A DNA stretch of 63,513 bases, filler included, from Octopus bimaculoides (taxonomy: Eukaryota): assembly GCF_001194135.2 (NCBI RefSeq). It is 6 parts of 5 records of this genome, joined end to end, with 100 filler letters (N's around TTAATTAATTAA, not from the genome) between each part and the next. Parts side by side here need not be neighbours in the genome. Positions count along the whole stretch, not along the records: positions 1 to 30,175 come from NC_068993.1; 5 more parts are not named here. The stretch is one strand, 5' to 3'. Shown here one piece after another: positions 12,262 through 23,331 of the stretch; position 1 is the stretch's first letter; every line of letters begins with the position of its first letter. A model generated the notes under the pieces. The model was not told where the DNA came from and ran no database searches. It was given only the letters and a program-made list of their open reading frames with translations. The position numbers were made by a program, and so were the translations under genes.

Positions 12262-12660
12262 AGGATCATGCTCTACGGAGAACTTGCAATCGGAACAAAA
12301 CCCAGAGTAGGTCCGAAATTCCGTTTTAAAGACAAGCTCAAATGGACCTTGGCTCAAGTTAACATCCAACGATCCTCATGGGAACAGATTGCCATGGATA
12401 GTACAGCCTGGAGGACTGCTATCCGCAATAGAGCCAGCTCCTTTAAGCAGAACAGACATCAGAATGAGGAGGCAAAACACAGAAGAAAGGAGCGTCTTCA
12501 ACATCCTCGACCTGCACCGACCATTCCGTGCGAGTTCTGCCCACAACTCTTTCACCACCGACTTGAACTCCAAAGTCACTTTCGGCACAAGCATCAGCCG
12601 AGGAGACTGGATGGAAACTGACGAACCCAATGCTCGGATACGAGCTGGAGCCGACCACCA
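12262..12660 (+). mobile_element. RTE-clade LINE 3' end
   Basis: IPRIMLYGELAIGTKPRVGPKFRFKDKLK...WEQIAMDSTAWRTAIR...IPCEFCPQLFHHRLELQSHFRHKH (C2H2 finger). It ends in GCCGACCACCA. Confidence 0.85.
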
Positions 12661-13030
12661 GTTAGTAAATCCTTCAACTTAACAACGATCGTTAGCATTC
12701 AAGGATGTGTAAAAATGATGGCAATAGTAGCAGAAAGCAGCCTCGGAGTGAACTGAAAATTCTAACCAAGGTCTACCATTGTATCACAAAGTATAGAAAT
12801 CTCGATTTTTTTTTACCGTATTGTTTTGGATGATACACTGTTAATTTTTGTTGATAGAGCATCATATCTAATCCAGATAAATCAAGTTTGGGAAAAGTAT
12901 AAAGTTGTGTAGGTTGCGCGATATCAATCTTCTCAGTCTGGTTATTTTCACAAGGACTGGAAGTTTTAGAACTTCCAACAGGAAACAGACAAGAATGTCC
13001 TTCTCGTTTCATTGTTTTTTTATTTTTCAA
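12661..13030 (-). mobile_element. hAT (ZMYM1-like) transposase N-terminal TTF-type zinc-finger fragment
   Basis: YHPKQYGKK.RDF...*YNGRPWLEFSVHSEAAFCYYCHHF......VEGFTN matches the ZnF_TTF pattern R.F...W....PWLEYS...DAAFC..C..F....F...GF.NW. Confidence 0.7.
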
Positions 13031-13528
13031 TTCTAATTAGATACAAAAAAAAAAATTCAGCTCAAGCAAAATAAAATATAAATGCTTTGAATAAATGCAA
13101 ACTGTTCAAGATTACTATGTATTTTCGAAAAATAACTTAAAACTGAAGGAAAATAATGACTATTCAGTAAATTTTTTCACAGATTGATTTCTGCCAAAAA
13201 AATTCTTTCTAACCCTATGTTTGTCTGTTAGCTGATGCAAAATTTTGATCAGAAACAATTGTAAAGTCAAAATACCAATGATAGAAAATAGGAAGAATTT
13301 CTAACGTTTTTCCGAAATCAAAAAACTCACAGGAAAAGCAGTGCCTTGCGAAATAAAATACTTTGATGTCAAAGTGAAGTCGCTAAAAATGAAATGAGTT
13401 GCTTAGTGAAAGTAATCACACGTGTGTGTGTGTGTGCCTGCATGTGTGAGCGTGTGTATATGGATGGGCCTATAAGGATGTTCATTATTTACATTTGACG
13501 GATATTTGTCCTCATCTTGTTTGTTGTA

Positions 13529-13574
13529 AACAAAACGCTTCGGCTGATATACCCTCCAGCCTTCATCAGATGTT
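13529..13574 (-). ncRNA. Type I hammerhead ribozyme motif (degenerate: GAAG for GAAA)
   Basis: AACAT-CTGATGA-A-GGCTG-GAGGGTATAT-CAGCC-GAAGC-GTT-TTGTT. Confidence 0.7.
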
Positions 13575-13618
13575 TTGGGGAAATTTCGAACCTGGGTTTT
13601 TATTCCTAAGGTATCTTT

Positions 13619-13679
13619 CGAATCGAACTCGGAATCTTGGGGTTAGTAGCCCGCACTCTTAACCACTACGTCATATGCC
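13619..13679 (-). promoter_or_regulatory. tRNA-like module with Pol III A/B boxes inside the PLE 3' terminal repeat
   Basis: GGCATATGACGTAGTGGTTAAGAGTGCGGGCTACTAACCCCAAGATTCCGAGTTCGATTC. A-box-like TGACGTAGTGG and B-box-like GAGTTCGATTC. A homologue lies at 60497-60555. Confidence 0.7.
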
Positions 13680-15422
13680 CGTGGGCAATAATGGAGTGAA
13701 TTTTAGGGTTTATAAATCTAATATTTTCCTATCCTTCCTTAATACCGGTTCCCATATGCTACGTATATCTGCACTCGGTCTGTTTAGGAGGTTGTTGTGT
13801 CTGAGCATATGTGCTGCTTCTTTTAGTTTTCGTATTTTCCAGTGGTGTTCTCTGTCTATTATTTTAACTTCACCCCACAGGGGGAGTTGGTCTCCATTTT
13901 TCCATACATGATCATCTATACCCGATTTACCAACATCTCCTCATGTCACAGCTTTGCAATGTTCGTCTACCCTTATTTTGAGGGGCGGCATGTTTCGCCT
14001 TTGTATAATTTACCACAGCTGCATGGGATGGAGTACACGCAGTCTTTGGTTATATTCTCTTCTATTGGTGGTTTTACTCAAAGGAGATATTTGCGAAGTG
14101 TTGTATTACTCTTGAATACTGTCATGATGTCATATGGGCTGCATATCTTTTGTATCTTTTCGGGAAGGCCTTTCACATAGGGTAGACAGACTGTGGACAG
14201 TTTATTAGCCTCATCCTCTTTCTTCTTCATAATTGGAGTGGATAGTATATTTTGGGGGTAGTTGTTGCTTAATAGATTGTTACTGAGCTTGATCATTTCT
14301 TCGTGGTGGGTATCACGATCGCTACTTATATTCTTTGCTCGATGTTTTAGGCACTGAGCAATCCCTTTCTTTACAATGTATGGATGGTGGGAACTGAAGG
14401 TGAGGTATCGTCCAGTGAAGGTCGGTTTGCGGTACACGGATGTCCTGAATCCATACTTGGTGCGTGTTATTAATACGTCTAAGAATGCTAGCTGATTGTC
14501 TTTTCCTTTTCCATTGTGAACTGTACGGATGGCTTTATTGAGTTCACATGATCTAACAGCACTTGGACATCTTCCTGGTGGGGCCAGAGTATAAATGTAT
14601 CATCAACATATCGCAGCCATGGGGTTAGTTTTAGTGGTGTTGATCCTAAAGCTAAATTCTCAAATTATTCCATGTATATATTGGCTATTATCGGTGATAA
14701 TGGCGAACCCATAGCTAACCCTCTTCTTGTCGATATATATCAGTGTCCATGTCGAAGTAGGTAGTTTCTATCCAGAAGTTCAACATTTCCATCAAGTTTC
14801 TTGTTGGTATACTAGTGCGTTCTTTTAGATGGGTGTCTGTCACTAGTTTTTCTTGAATCATCGATAGTGCTTCACCAGTTAGGACTTTGATGAACAGACT
14901 TATCAAATCTAGACTCACCATCTGGTTAGATTAAATGGGGGTATCCTTGATCAATTCTGTGAAGTGTGGAATTCTTCACGTACGATGTCAACTTTCCTGC
15001 TAAAGGACTGATTATATCCACAAGAAAGCGGCTCAGTGGATGACATGCTGAAACTCTACACTTCACTTTAGGTCTTAATGGAATACCATCCTTGTGAATC
15101 TTAGGGATACCGCACATGTGTGATAGTTTACTGTAGAGTTGAGTCAGTTGCCTGTACTTCATTCGTGTAAAGTGGTCCTTGTTCTTGATCAAAATCTGTG
15201 ACAACTTCCTCTCTGTTTTCAGAGTTGGATCTTGCTTTTCTTTGCTGTAGCTACCATCACTTATAAGACTTGCCAATTTTTTCAGAGTAGTCAGACTTGT
15301 TCATCACTACTGTAGCATTTCCCTTGTCCGCTGGAAGTATTATGATGGAATTGTCACTCTGATGAATGGTTAGTGAGACCACACGTACATATACATAAAT
15401 AGATGACAACTCCCTCATAATA

Positions 15423-15550
15423 CTGATAAAGGCTGGATGGTATATCAGCCGAAACGTTGTGTTAACAACAAACTAGATGAGGACAAATATCCGTCAAATG
15501 TAAATAATGTAAATAATGTACATAATTCCTCATCTCTTACATATAGAACA
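15423..15550 (+). repeat. Inverted copy of the PLE terminal repeat at the 5' truncation point (mutated hammerhead core CTGATAA)
   Basis: CTGATAAAGGCTGGATGGTATATCAGCCGAAACGTTGTGTTAACAACAAACTAGATGAGGACAAATATCCGTCAAATGTAAATAAT is the near reverse complement of 13484-13569. Confidence 0.85.
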
Positions 15551-15679
15551 GTATTATAAGGATGTTGTCAGAGTTCTTGCTTTCATCATGTAGACTGTTG
15601 TCTCTAGTTCACTTTCCCTGGGGACTTCAGATGATATTTCTCTGGGCAGAACTGACCAGCATTAACACCATCGCCAAAA

Positions 15680-15910
15680 GACGTTTGCTTCCCAAACACA
15701 TGGTTATGGGTTCAGTCCCACTGCGTAGCACCATGAGTAAGTATCTTCTACTGTAACCCCTGGCCGACCACATACTTGTGTGTGAATTTAATTGACGGAA
15801 ATTAAAAGCAGGCTATTGTATATATACATGTGTGTGTGTGTGTGTTTGTGTTTGTACCCTACCACTGGTGTTGGTTTGTTTACTTCCCATAAGTTAGCAG
15901 TTCAAACGGT
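15680..15910 (+). mobile_element. SINE family 1, degenerate copy
   Basis: CACATGGTTATGGGTTCAGTCCCACTGCGTAGCACCATGAGTAAGTATCTTCTACT... matches the family 1 head and core. Confidence 0.75.
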
Positions 15911-16596
15911 TTGATTATATAAACATTTTATTTCATAAATAATTTTTAACAAAAATTTCGGTGCATTTTTTTTATACGTGTGGCAGTTAAAAGAAGGTAG
16001 TTATGCCCCCTTTAAAATATAACTCTATCTTGGAGAAAGCAGGCCCATACAAGTATGAATCGTACAAAAATTATTTGAGATGTCTGTTGTGCATGAGTGA
16101 AAAGTACTTTATCCTGTCCAAAATAAACCTGCATTGAATTGAAAATTCGAGTTTTTGATTAGGCATTCTTCGAAATTCTTAATTTCTAGATTATTACCAC
16201 CAAATGACTAGGTTTACAGATTATATAAACTTTGGCAATTATTATCGATCTATTTCATTCATTAGCTTGATATAACTCGGTATTTGTTGGGTACTTTCGC
16301 TCTTTTCGTTTACTTTTCCATAATCTTTATTTCGAACAGTCGAATTCGTTGTATATGATTTTTATATTGTATAAATTATATTTAGCATATTATGTGTCTT
16401 TCTTTTCCCCGCCTTCATTGTTCATTATCACTTTTTATTATATTTTTATAGTTATTTATCAGTGGGTGATTTTGCTTTGTTTTAAAAATTTATTTCATCA
16501 CTAACGCTCTATATCTGTACATGTATGTATATATGCGTGTGTATATTCGTATGTATGTATTTGCATGTATGCATGTATGTGCATACATATGTATGA

Positions 16597-16636
<40 letters not shown>

Positions 16637-16661
16637 TAAAGGTCACAATACATGTATTAAA

Positions 16662-16714
16662 GCGCTACTAATAGTCTCATATGTTGAAAAAACTCAAACA
16701 TATTCTTCAGGCGC
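16662..16714 (-). ncRNA. Type I hammerhead ribozyme motif (one core substitution, GAGA)
   Basis: GCGC-CTGAAGA-ATATGTT-(11 nt)-AACATAT-GAGA-CTATTAG-TA-GCGC. Helix I is GCGC/GCGC, helix II is 7 bp, helix III is ACTA/TAGT, and the cleavage triplet is GUA. Confidence 0.7.
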
Positions 16715-17039
16715 AAACCACATATCATATTCGAACTAAATAAATTGAAAAATTATTCAGTTTCTTTAGTTCGTTANNNNNNNNNNNNNNNNNNNNNNNN
16801 NNNNNNNNNNNNNNNNNNNNNNNNNNNNNNNNNNNNNNNNNNNNNNNNNNNNNNNNNNNNNNNNNNNNNNNNNNNNNNNNNNNNNNNNNNNNNNNNNNNN
16901 NNNNNNNNNNNNNNNNNNNNNNNNNNNNNNNNNNNNNNNNNNNNNNNNNNNNNNNNNNNNNNNNNNNNNNNNNNNNNNNNNNNNNNNNNNNNNNNATATA
17001 TATATATATATATATATACATATACAATTTATGTATATG

Positions 17040-18410
17040 TACGTGTGGTTTCACTAACCATTCAATCACTGTCACTTCTTTCTTTAGGCATTCCATTGTA
17101 CACCCTGGTACCTTCCGGTTTGCCATCTTCCGCAAGGATTCCCTCACCTACTCTCTTTCAATTGCACTGTAGTTCCATTCCCCAACAACAGGTATTCTCC
17201 TCTCTCCTCCTACAGCCACTTGTCTCCCTAACATCCTCCACATTTAACACCTCCCTAAAATATTTTGCCCATCTCCTTTGTACATCCTTACTTCCTTTCA
17301 ACAAATTTCCATTTCCATCTTTCACCCTTTCTTCCCTTCCTCTACTCACCTTTCTTACCCTCTGTATCTCTTTCCAAAACATCTTTTTATTTCTTATAAA
17401 CTTTTCACTCAGCTTTTTCCCGAATCTTTCACTCGCCTCCCACTTCGCCACCCTCACCACTATCTTTTCTCTCCTCTCCACTCTCTCTGCAGTGATCATA
17501 AGCCTCTACATCTTTCTGCAACTACTCTTCAAAGGCCCTTTTCTTCTTTGCCACCTGCTCATTCCACCACACGCTACCTTTCCTCACACCCATTCCAACT
17601 ACTCGTATACCACATACCTCAGAGGCACATCTCATTATTGCCTCTCTAAAAGCCTCCTACTCCTCCACATCTCCTACCTCTCGTTTCGTAACCTGTTCAT
17701 ATGCACCTCTCAGTTTTTCTACATACTCCTGCTCTTTCTCTCTCCTATACAGCTGACTCACCTTCTCCTCCCTGTCACTCGTCTAGCATTCCATTTTGAG
17801 CATACCTTCAACTTATCCTGTAATAAGAAGTGATCTGACACTCCTCCATCTTCACCTCTCATTACATGCACATCCACCAACCGTCCTACCACTCTCTTAT
17901 CAATTAATATATAATCTATCAAAGCCCTATCCACCACTGTTTCTCCCTCCACTCTCCACCACTTGAACTTATTCTTCTCCCACTTTTTAAAGAAAACCAT
18001 TCTTTATTACCAACTCCTGCTCCATACACATATCCAACAACCTCCTTCTACTCTCATTTCCGACCAGGAACTCCATAATTTCTTACTACATTTCTACTTC
18101 CTCATTTCCCACTCGCGCATTCAAATCACCCAACACTACCACATAACCACTTTTCCCCACCCTATCCACACACTCTACCAGTTCCCTCTAGAACTCCTCT
18201 ACTTGTTTCTCACTCCTTTCACTCCCTAGACCATATGCACTAAAAACAACCACATTTCTCCTCCCCACTTCATCTTAACCCACATTAATCTTGAAGACAC
18301 TTCTCTCCACTCCACCACTCTTCACGCTCTCTCACCAGCAATGCCACTCCCTCACGAGCCTTCCCCTCCCCCTCCCGACACTCGTCCAGTCATCCCCAAA
18401 CTGATACTCT
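17040..18410 (-). mobile_element. RTE-clade LINE fragment (APE endonuclease to start of RT), decayed
   Basis: VVDRALIDYILIDKRVVGRLVDVHVMRGEDGGVSDHFLL; KKMFWKEIQRVRK...VKDGNGNLLKGSKDVQRRWAKYFREVLN; LRKMANRKVPG. Confidence 0.85.
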
Positions 18411-18544
18411 CCCTTTCCTTTCATCTTAGTCTCNNNNNNNNNNNNNNNNNNNNNNNNNNNNNNNNNNNNNNNNNNNNNNNNNNNNNNNNNNNNNNNNNNN
18501 NNNNTTTACCTCACTTGTACTACACTCATGCACATTTCATGACC

Positions 18545-18858
18545 CAAGTACTAGAGTGAGATTTGGTGTTAACCTTCTCTCACCCACTTGCCTTTTTCTT
18601 GCTGTCTTTTTAAGAAATATGAAACTGAAAGTGAAAGTAGCTAAGAGTAAGGTGATGAAATGTTCGAGAGATGGAATGGCTGGTAGGGTGGATGTGAGTA
18701 TAAATGTTGAGATGTTGGAGGTGGTGAGTGTTTTTAAGTATCTGGGATCACCTTACTCTTAGCTACTTTCACTTTCAGTTTCATATTTCTTAAAAAGACA
18801 GCAAGAAAAAGGCAAGTGGGTGAGAGAAGGTTAACACCAAATCTCACTCTAGTACTTG
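18545..18858. repeat. Perfect 112-bp inverted repeat (18545-18656 / 18747-18858) around a 90-bp spacer
   Basis: The arms are exact reverse complements by base-by-base comparison. Confidence 0.9.
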
Positions 18859-19358
18859 AGGAGGTGGGATACAGAGTGAGGGTGGGGATTAAGATACTTG
18901 GAGTTGTGAAAGGTATGCCGAGAGATAAAAGGTTGAGTATAATAGCGAGAAGAGGTGTATATGAGGGCGTGATTGTGCCGACAATGTTACATGGTGCAGA
19001 GATGCAGGGGCTGAGAGAGGCGAAAAGGAGGCGACTAGATGTGTTTGAGATGAGATGTATGAGGGCTATGGTTGGTGTGACACGGATGGACAGGATGAGG
19101 AATGAGGAGGTGCGAAGGCGAGCAGGAATGAGAGAAAAACTAACAACCAAAATGGATAGACGAATGCTGAGGTGGTTTGGCCACATCGGGAAGATGGATA
19201 AGGAGCAGATGGTAGGCAGCAGAGCCAGAGGCAGACCTCGGCTTGTGTGGATGGATGGAGTGGGGAAAGCTTTGGTGGTTAGAGGTATTGGAGTGAGAGA
19301 GGCAAGAGAGTTTATAAATGATAGGAAAGCTTGGAGAGTGTTTGTAGACGGATGAGTG
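18610..19358 (+). mobile_element. RTE-clade LINE, RT C-terminal part, interrupted by the inverted duplication
   Basis: MKLKVKVAKSKVMK...LEVVSVFKYLGS; YEGVIVPTMLHGAE...RRRLDVFEMRCMRAMVGVTRMDRMRNEEVRRR...LRWFGHI...RGRPRLVWMDGV. Confidence 0.85.
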
Positions 19359-19789
19359 NNNNNNNNNNNNNNNNNNNNNNNNNNNNNNNNNNNNNNNNNN
19401 NNNNNNNNNNNNNNNNNNNNNNNNNNNNNNNNNNNNNNNNNNNNNNNNNNNNNNNNNNNNNNNNNNNNNNNNNNNNNNNNNNNNNNNNNNNNNNNNNNNN
19501 NNNNNNNNNNNNNNNNNNNNNNNNNNNNNNNNNNNNNNNNNNNNNNNNNNNNNNNNNNNNNNNNNNNNNNNNNNNNNNNNNNNNNNNNNNNNNNNNNNNN
19601 NNNNNNNNNNNNNNNNNNNNNNNNNNNNNNNNNNNNNNNNNNNNNNNNNNNNNNNNNNNNNNNNNNNNNNNNNNNNNNNNNNNNNNNNNNNNNNNNNNNN
19701 NNNNNNNNNNNNNNNNNNNNNNNNNNNNNNNNNNNNNNNNNNNNNNNNNNNNNNNNNGTTTTCTACATTTCTCTACATAGATACAGTGC

Positions 19790-19890
19790 CAACAACCGAT
19801 AAGAAGCTTATGTTCGGCGATTTAAAGGCAACAGTGGAGAGTAATTGCCAGATATGGTATGAAGTTTTGGATCACTTTCCAAAAGGTAAT
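19790..19890 (+). mobile_element. Short RTE endonuclease fragment
   Basis: VPTTDKKLMFGDLKATVESNCQIWYEVLDHFPKGN resembles the RTE EN motif P..DK....GDFNARVG.....W..VLG..G.G. Confidence 0.55.
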
Positions 19891-22432
19891 CTGGACCTTT
19901 TTTGTTTTGCTGCACCTGCGGAAATTTTGAAGTTTAGTAAAACTTTTAAAATTTGGTGTATTGAATCTCATACTGAATCTCAGAGTCTAATTAATTCTTT
20001 CCAGAACCATTTAAAAAAAAGTTATAGGTTTAAAGTTTGATCACTTGTACCCAGTCAGAAAATAGGATTTGGAAGCTATCATTTTGTGCGTGACTGCACG
20101 TGTTGTCAACTTTAAACAAATGAAATATTGGCGTTCAAACCCTCAAAACTTCTTTTTTTTTTTGAATTTTGAGAAAGTCTTGTCAATTTGTATTCTACAC
20201 ACAGGAATTATTGCGATTATGCAAAAACCAAAGAAAAATATTTGGTGCGGGATTTAAGGCCTATTTCGCTGTTATTTTTAGCACATCTCACGACCATCTC
20301 ATATCTCATATGTTTCAAGCATTCAATAAGCGAAAAATGACCACGTGGGTAAGCAGCTTGGTAACAGGTTGGCTTGTTGCTATGGAAACAAGCACCTATA
20401 TGTCTGTGGTTTTCGATTGGCTAAAATTACCCAAATTTTGCAAATTTTAAAAGCCATTAACTCTTTATTTATAGATTTACGGCAAAAATGTATTTCCTGT
20501 CAATGATTATCAGACCAAACTACAGAAATTGAAAAGTGGCAGCCAAACAGAAAATATCCGGTAATCTCAACTCCAGTGGACAACTCATACTTGAGTTATG
20601 CACCAATAATAATTTTAGTTGTGAGAAATATATTTTCTAGCTTCCTGACAATGATTTTACAGTTGGTGTCAACTGCAGTCGAAGTGATAATATTTGTTGG
20701 ACTATGTATTTTAACTTCAGGAGCAACATTGCAGATATAAGCAGTACGCATATCAAAAGGAGAGGCTGACTGTTTCATTGATCACGTACAGATATGTGAA
20801 AGTGATTTGCAGCGAAATCGATAGGATTATGCCCAAAAGATTGGCTATCAGCTAACTAAAAATTCTTGAAGTGCAACTTGCATTTGCTGCGAATATGTCA
20901 AGTAAATTAAATATTACTTGAAACTGTGCCAGTTCACTCTGCGACAGCCGATGCTTGCAGGGGACAGTTGTGTGAGAAAATTTACAAAAGAGCCGCTGTC
21001 CATAAATAATCATGCTTGAAAGTTACATGAAAATTATGTGAGACGAAATCTCTATTAAGCTATTCCTAATAGGCGACAAAATATCCAGCAAGACATAAAT
21101 GTATTTTATGTCATTCTGAGAGAGATCTCCAGAAAGGTGTCAACGCACCAATGAAAAATAAGGATGACTCATGTCTGAACACTGGATCACGAGTGGAAAT
21201 AGTTTAGTGAGTTTCTAAAGCAGTTTTCAACAATTTATGTGTAGTTCTGGAACTCCTCAAGATAACAATTTGAATCTACCATTGAATGCGGCAGAGCTCG
21301 TAAATGCCATGCCATCCATAAAACAAAATTGAAGAAAACTCTTGACTTCAACAGCATTCCCACGGATGTCCATAAACATCGTGAGAAGGAATTGTGCTGT
21401 AGGCTTCTCTACATCTTCAGAGAATGCTGTCAATGCGTAACCTCCTCCAACAGTTAAAAGATGCACAAGTGGGACCAATAGAGCTGTGAAAATTACTAAA
21501 TTATCAGACACAGGGAAAATTCTACCAAAAATACTGCACAGATGACTGCAAACACTATCCAAGTAATTTTTTTTCTTCCTGAAGTCCATTTTGGATTTCG
21601 TACATTTAGGAGCACCAACGATATGATTTTCACTTTGCCACAAATTCAGGAAAAGATAATTGAATAGCGCCTCCCACTTTTCATTGTATTCATCAACTTT
21701 ACGGACAATCTGCAAAGAAATGTTTACTAGACCTTACTGAAAAGATACTGGTGTACGATCAAATTCGAGGAAATAGTGAGGCAGTTCTGCGATGGTGTAT
21801 TACCTATAGTCACTCTTTGGAACCGCAGCTTGGCTTCCTTTAGCCAATCGAAAGCCACAGGCATATAGGAGACTGTTTCCATAGTAAGAAGCCAACTTCT
21901 GCTACCAAACTACTTATCACGTTCTTTTTGTCGCTTATTAAACGCTTAAACATTAAATGTTTAAACAAATGAAGTATGAGGTGGTCGTGAGATGTGCTAA
22001 AAATAACAGCCAAATAGACCCTAAATCAAGCATCATTTTTGGGGGGTGGGAGGATTGCATAATCATATGAATTCCCGTATGTAGAATACATATTGGCAAA
22101 ACTTTCCTGAAAGTTCCAAAAAATAAAAAAAGTTTTGAGGGATTATATGGCATGCATAAAGCATAATTCTGCCAATATTTCATTTGTTTACAGTTTGATG
22201 TTAAAACACGTGCTATCGTCGCAATGCAGTCACGCACAAAATCATAGCTCCCAAATCCTGCTTTCTGACTGGGTAAAAATGATCAAACTTTAAACCTCTG
22301 TAACTTTTTTATAAATATTTTTCTGGAACAAGTGAATTCAGCATGAAAAATTACATCAATACACCGAACTTGAAATTTTTCATTTAATTTTAAAATTTCA
22401 AAAAGTGCTGCCAAACAGAAAAAATCCACAAA
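19888..22432 (-). mobile_element. Probable DNA transposon with ~550-bp diverged inverted arms (19888-20426 / 21839-22432) and an unassigned internal ORF remnant
   Basis: The arms share blocks in inverted orientation, e.g. GGTTTAAAGTTTGATCA.TT.TACCCAGTCAGAAA.AGGATTTGG.AGCTAT.ATTTTGTGCGTGACTGCA and TTTCGATTGGCTAAA. The internal minus-strand ORF 21257-21715 is not recognised. Confidence 0.65.
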
Positions 22433-22514
22433 ATCTACTACACAAAGACTATCAATAAAATCCTGCAATATATACTACTATTATTGCTTACAATCACATG
22501 ACAAAGCATAATAT

Positions 22515-23278
22515 GGATCTAGTTTTTCTCATTCGCAAAATGAGCCCCCCGCCCCTAATTTTGCTCAGATTGCTTTCAATTTTGGTGTATCAATGTAACT
22601 ATGAATTTTGGTTACGATCAACCAATTACTTTATCTCGTAAATTAAAGAATCTGCTATTTAGAATTAAAGTTGGGAAATTTGGGTAATTTTAGCCAATCA
22701 ACAGACAGCGTGGCATTTGCAGCCTGTTACCATGACAACCGCACACTGTGTTGTGGTTCATTTCTGCCTGTGCCGCTGTTGTCTATGTTGATTTTTCACA
22801 CTTGATTCTTCACACCACGAGATTCTTTTCACCTGTGTACTAGTATTTTTCTGTGCCTTTTTCTGTGTGTTAGTATTTTTCTGTGCTTTTTTCTGTGTGT
22901 TAGTATTTTTACATATATTTCATCTCATATATTTTGGGGACTCATTGACTCAGATAGCTGGATTTATGATTTCACTAGGTTAATTCTGTTCATAAAATTT
23001 AAATTAGCTTCACATTTCAACAGCTTAACTAAAATTTAGCCCACGTAACAAGAACTGAGAAGGATATTGTGGAACAGAGAAACTGTGGGTGATACAAACA
23101 ATTTCACATTACTTTTGAATTCTGCATGCAAAAACGTATAAGATACAGGTATTCTTTTCTTTGGGACAAATTCTTTGTTGACCAGTGTTATTCTTATCGT
23201 AGTTTACAAATCCAAGCATGAAAACACTCAACTTTAGAGCTTTGGAGACAGACGCCCCCTTNNNNNNNNNNNNNNNNN

Positions 23279-23331
<53 letters not shown>

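Larger units (their letters stand above)
13482..15365 (-). mobile_element. Penelope/Poseidon-like element, 5'-truncated (RT plus GIY-YIG plus 3' pseudo-LTR)
   Basis: GIPKIHKDGIPLRP; MVSLDLISLF; GSPLSPIIANIYME; PWLRYVDDTFILW; LAFLDVLI; VYRKPTFTGRYLTFSSHHP; CVYSIPCSCGKLYKGETCRPLKIRV.EH. The 3' terminus carries a tRNA-like module and a hammerhead motif. Confidence 0.92.
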
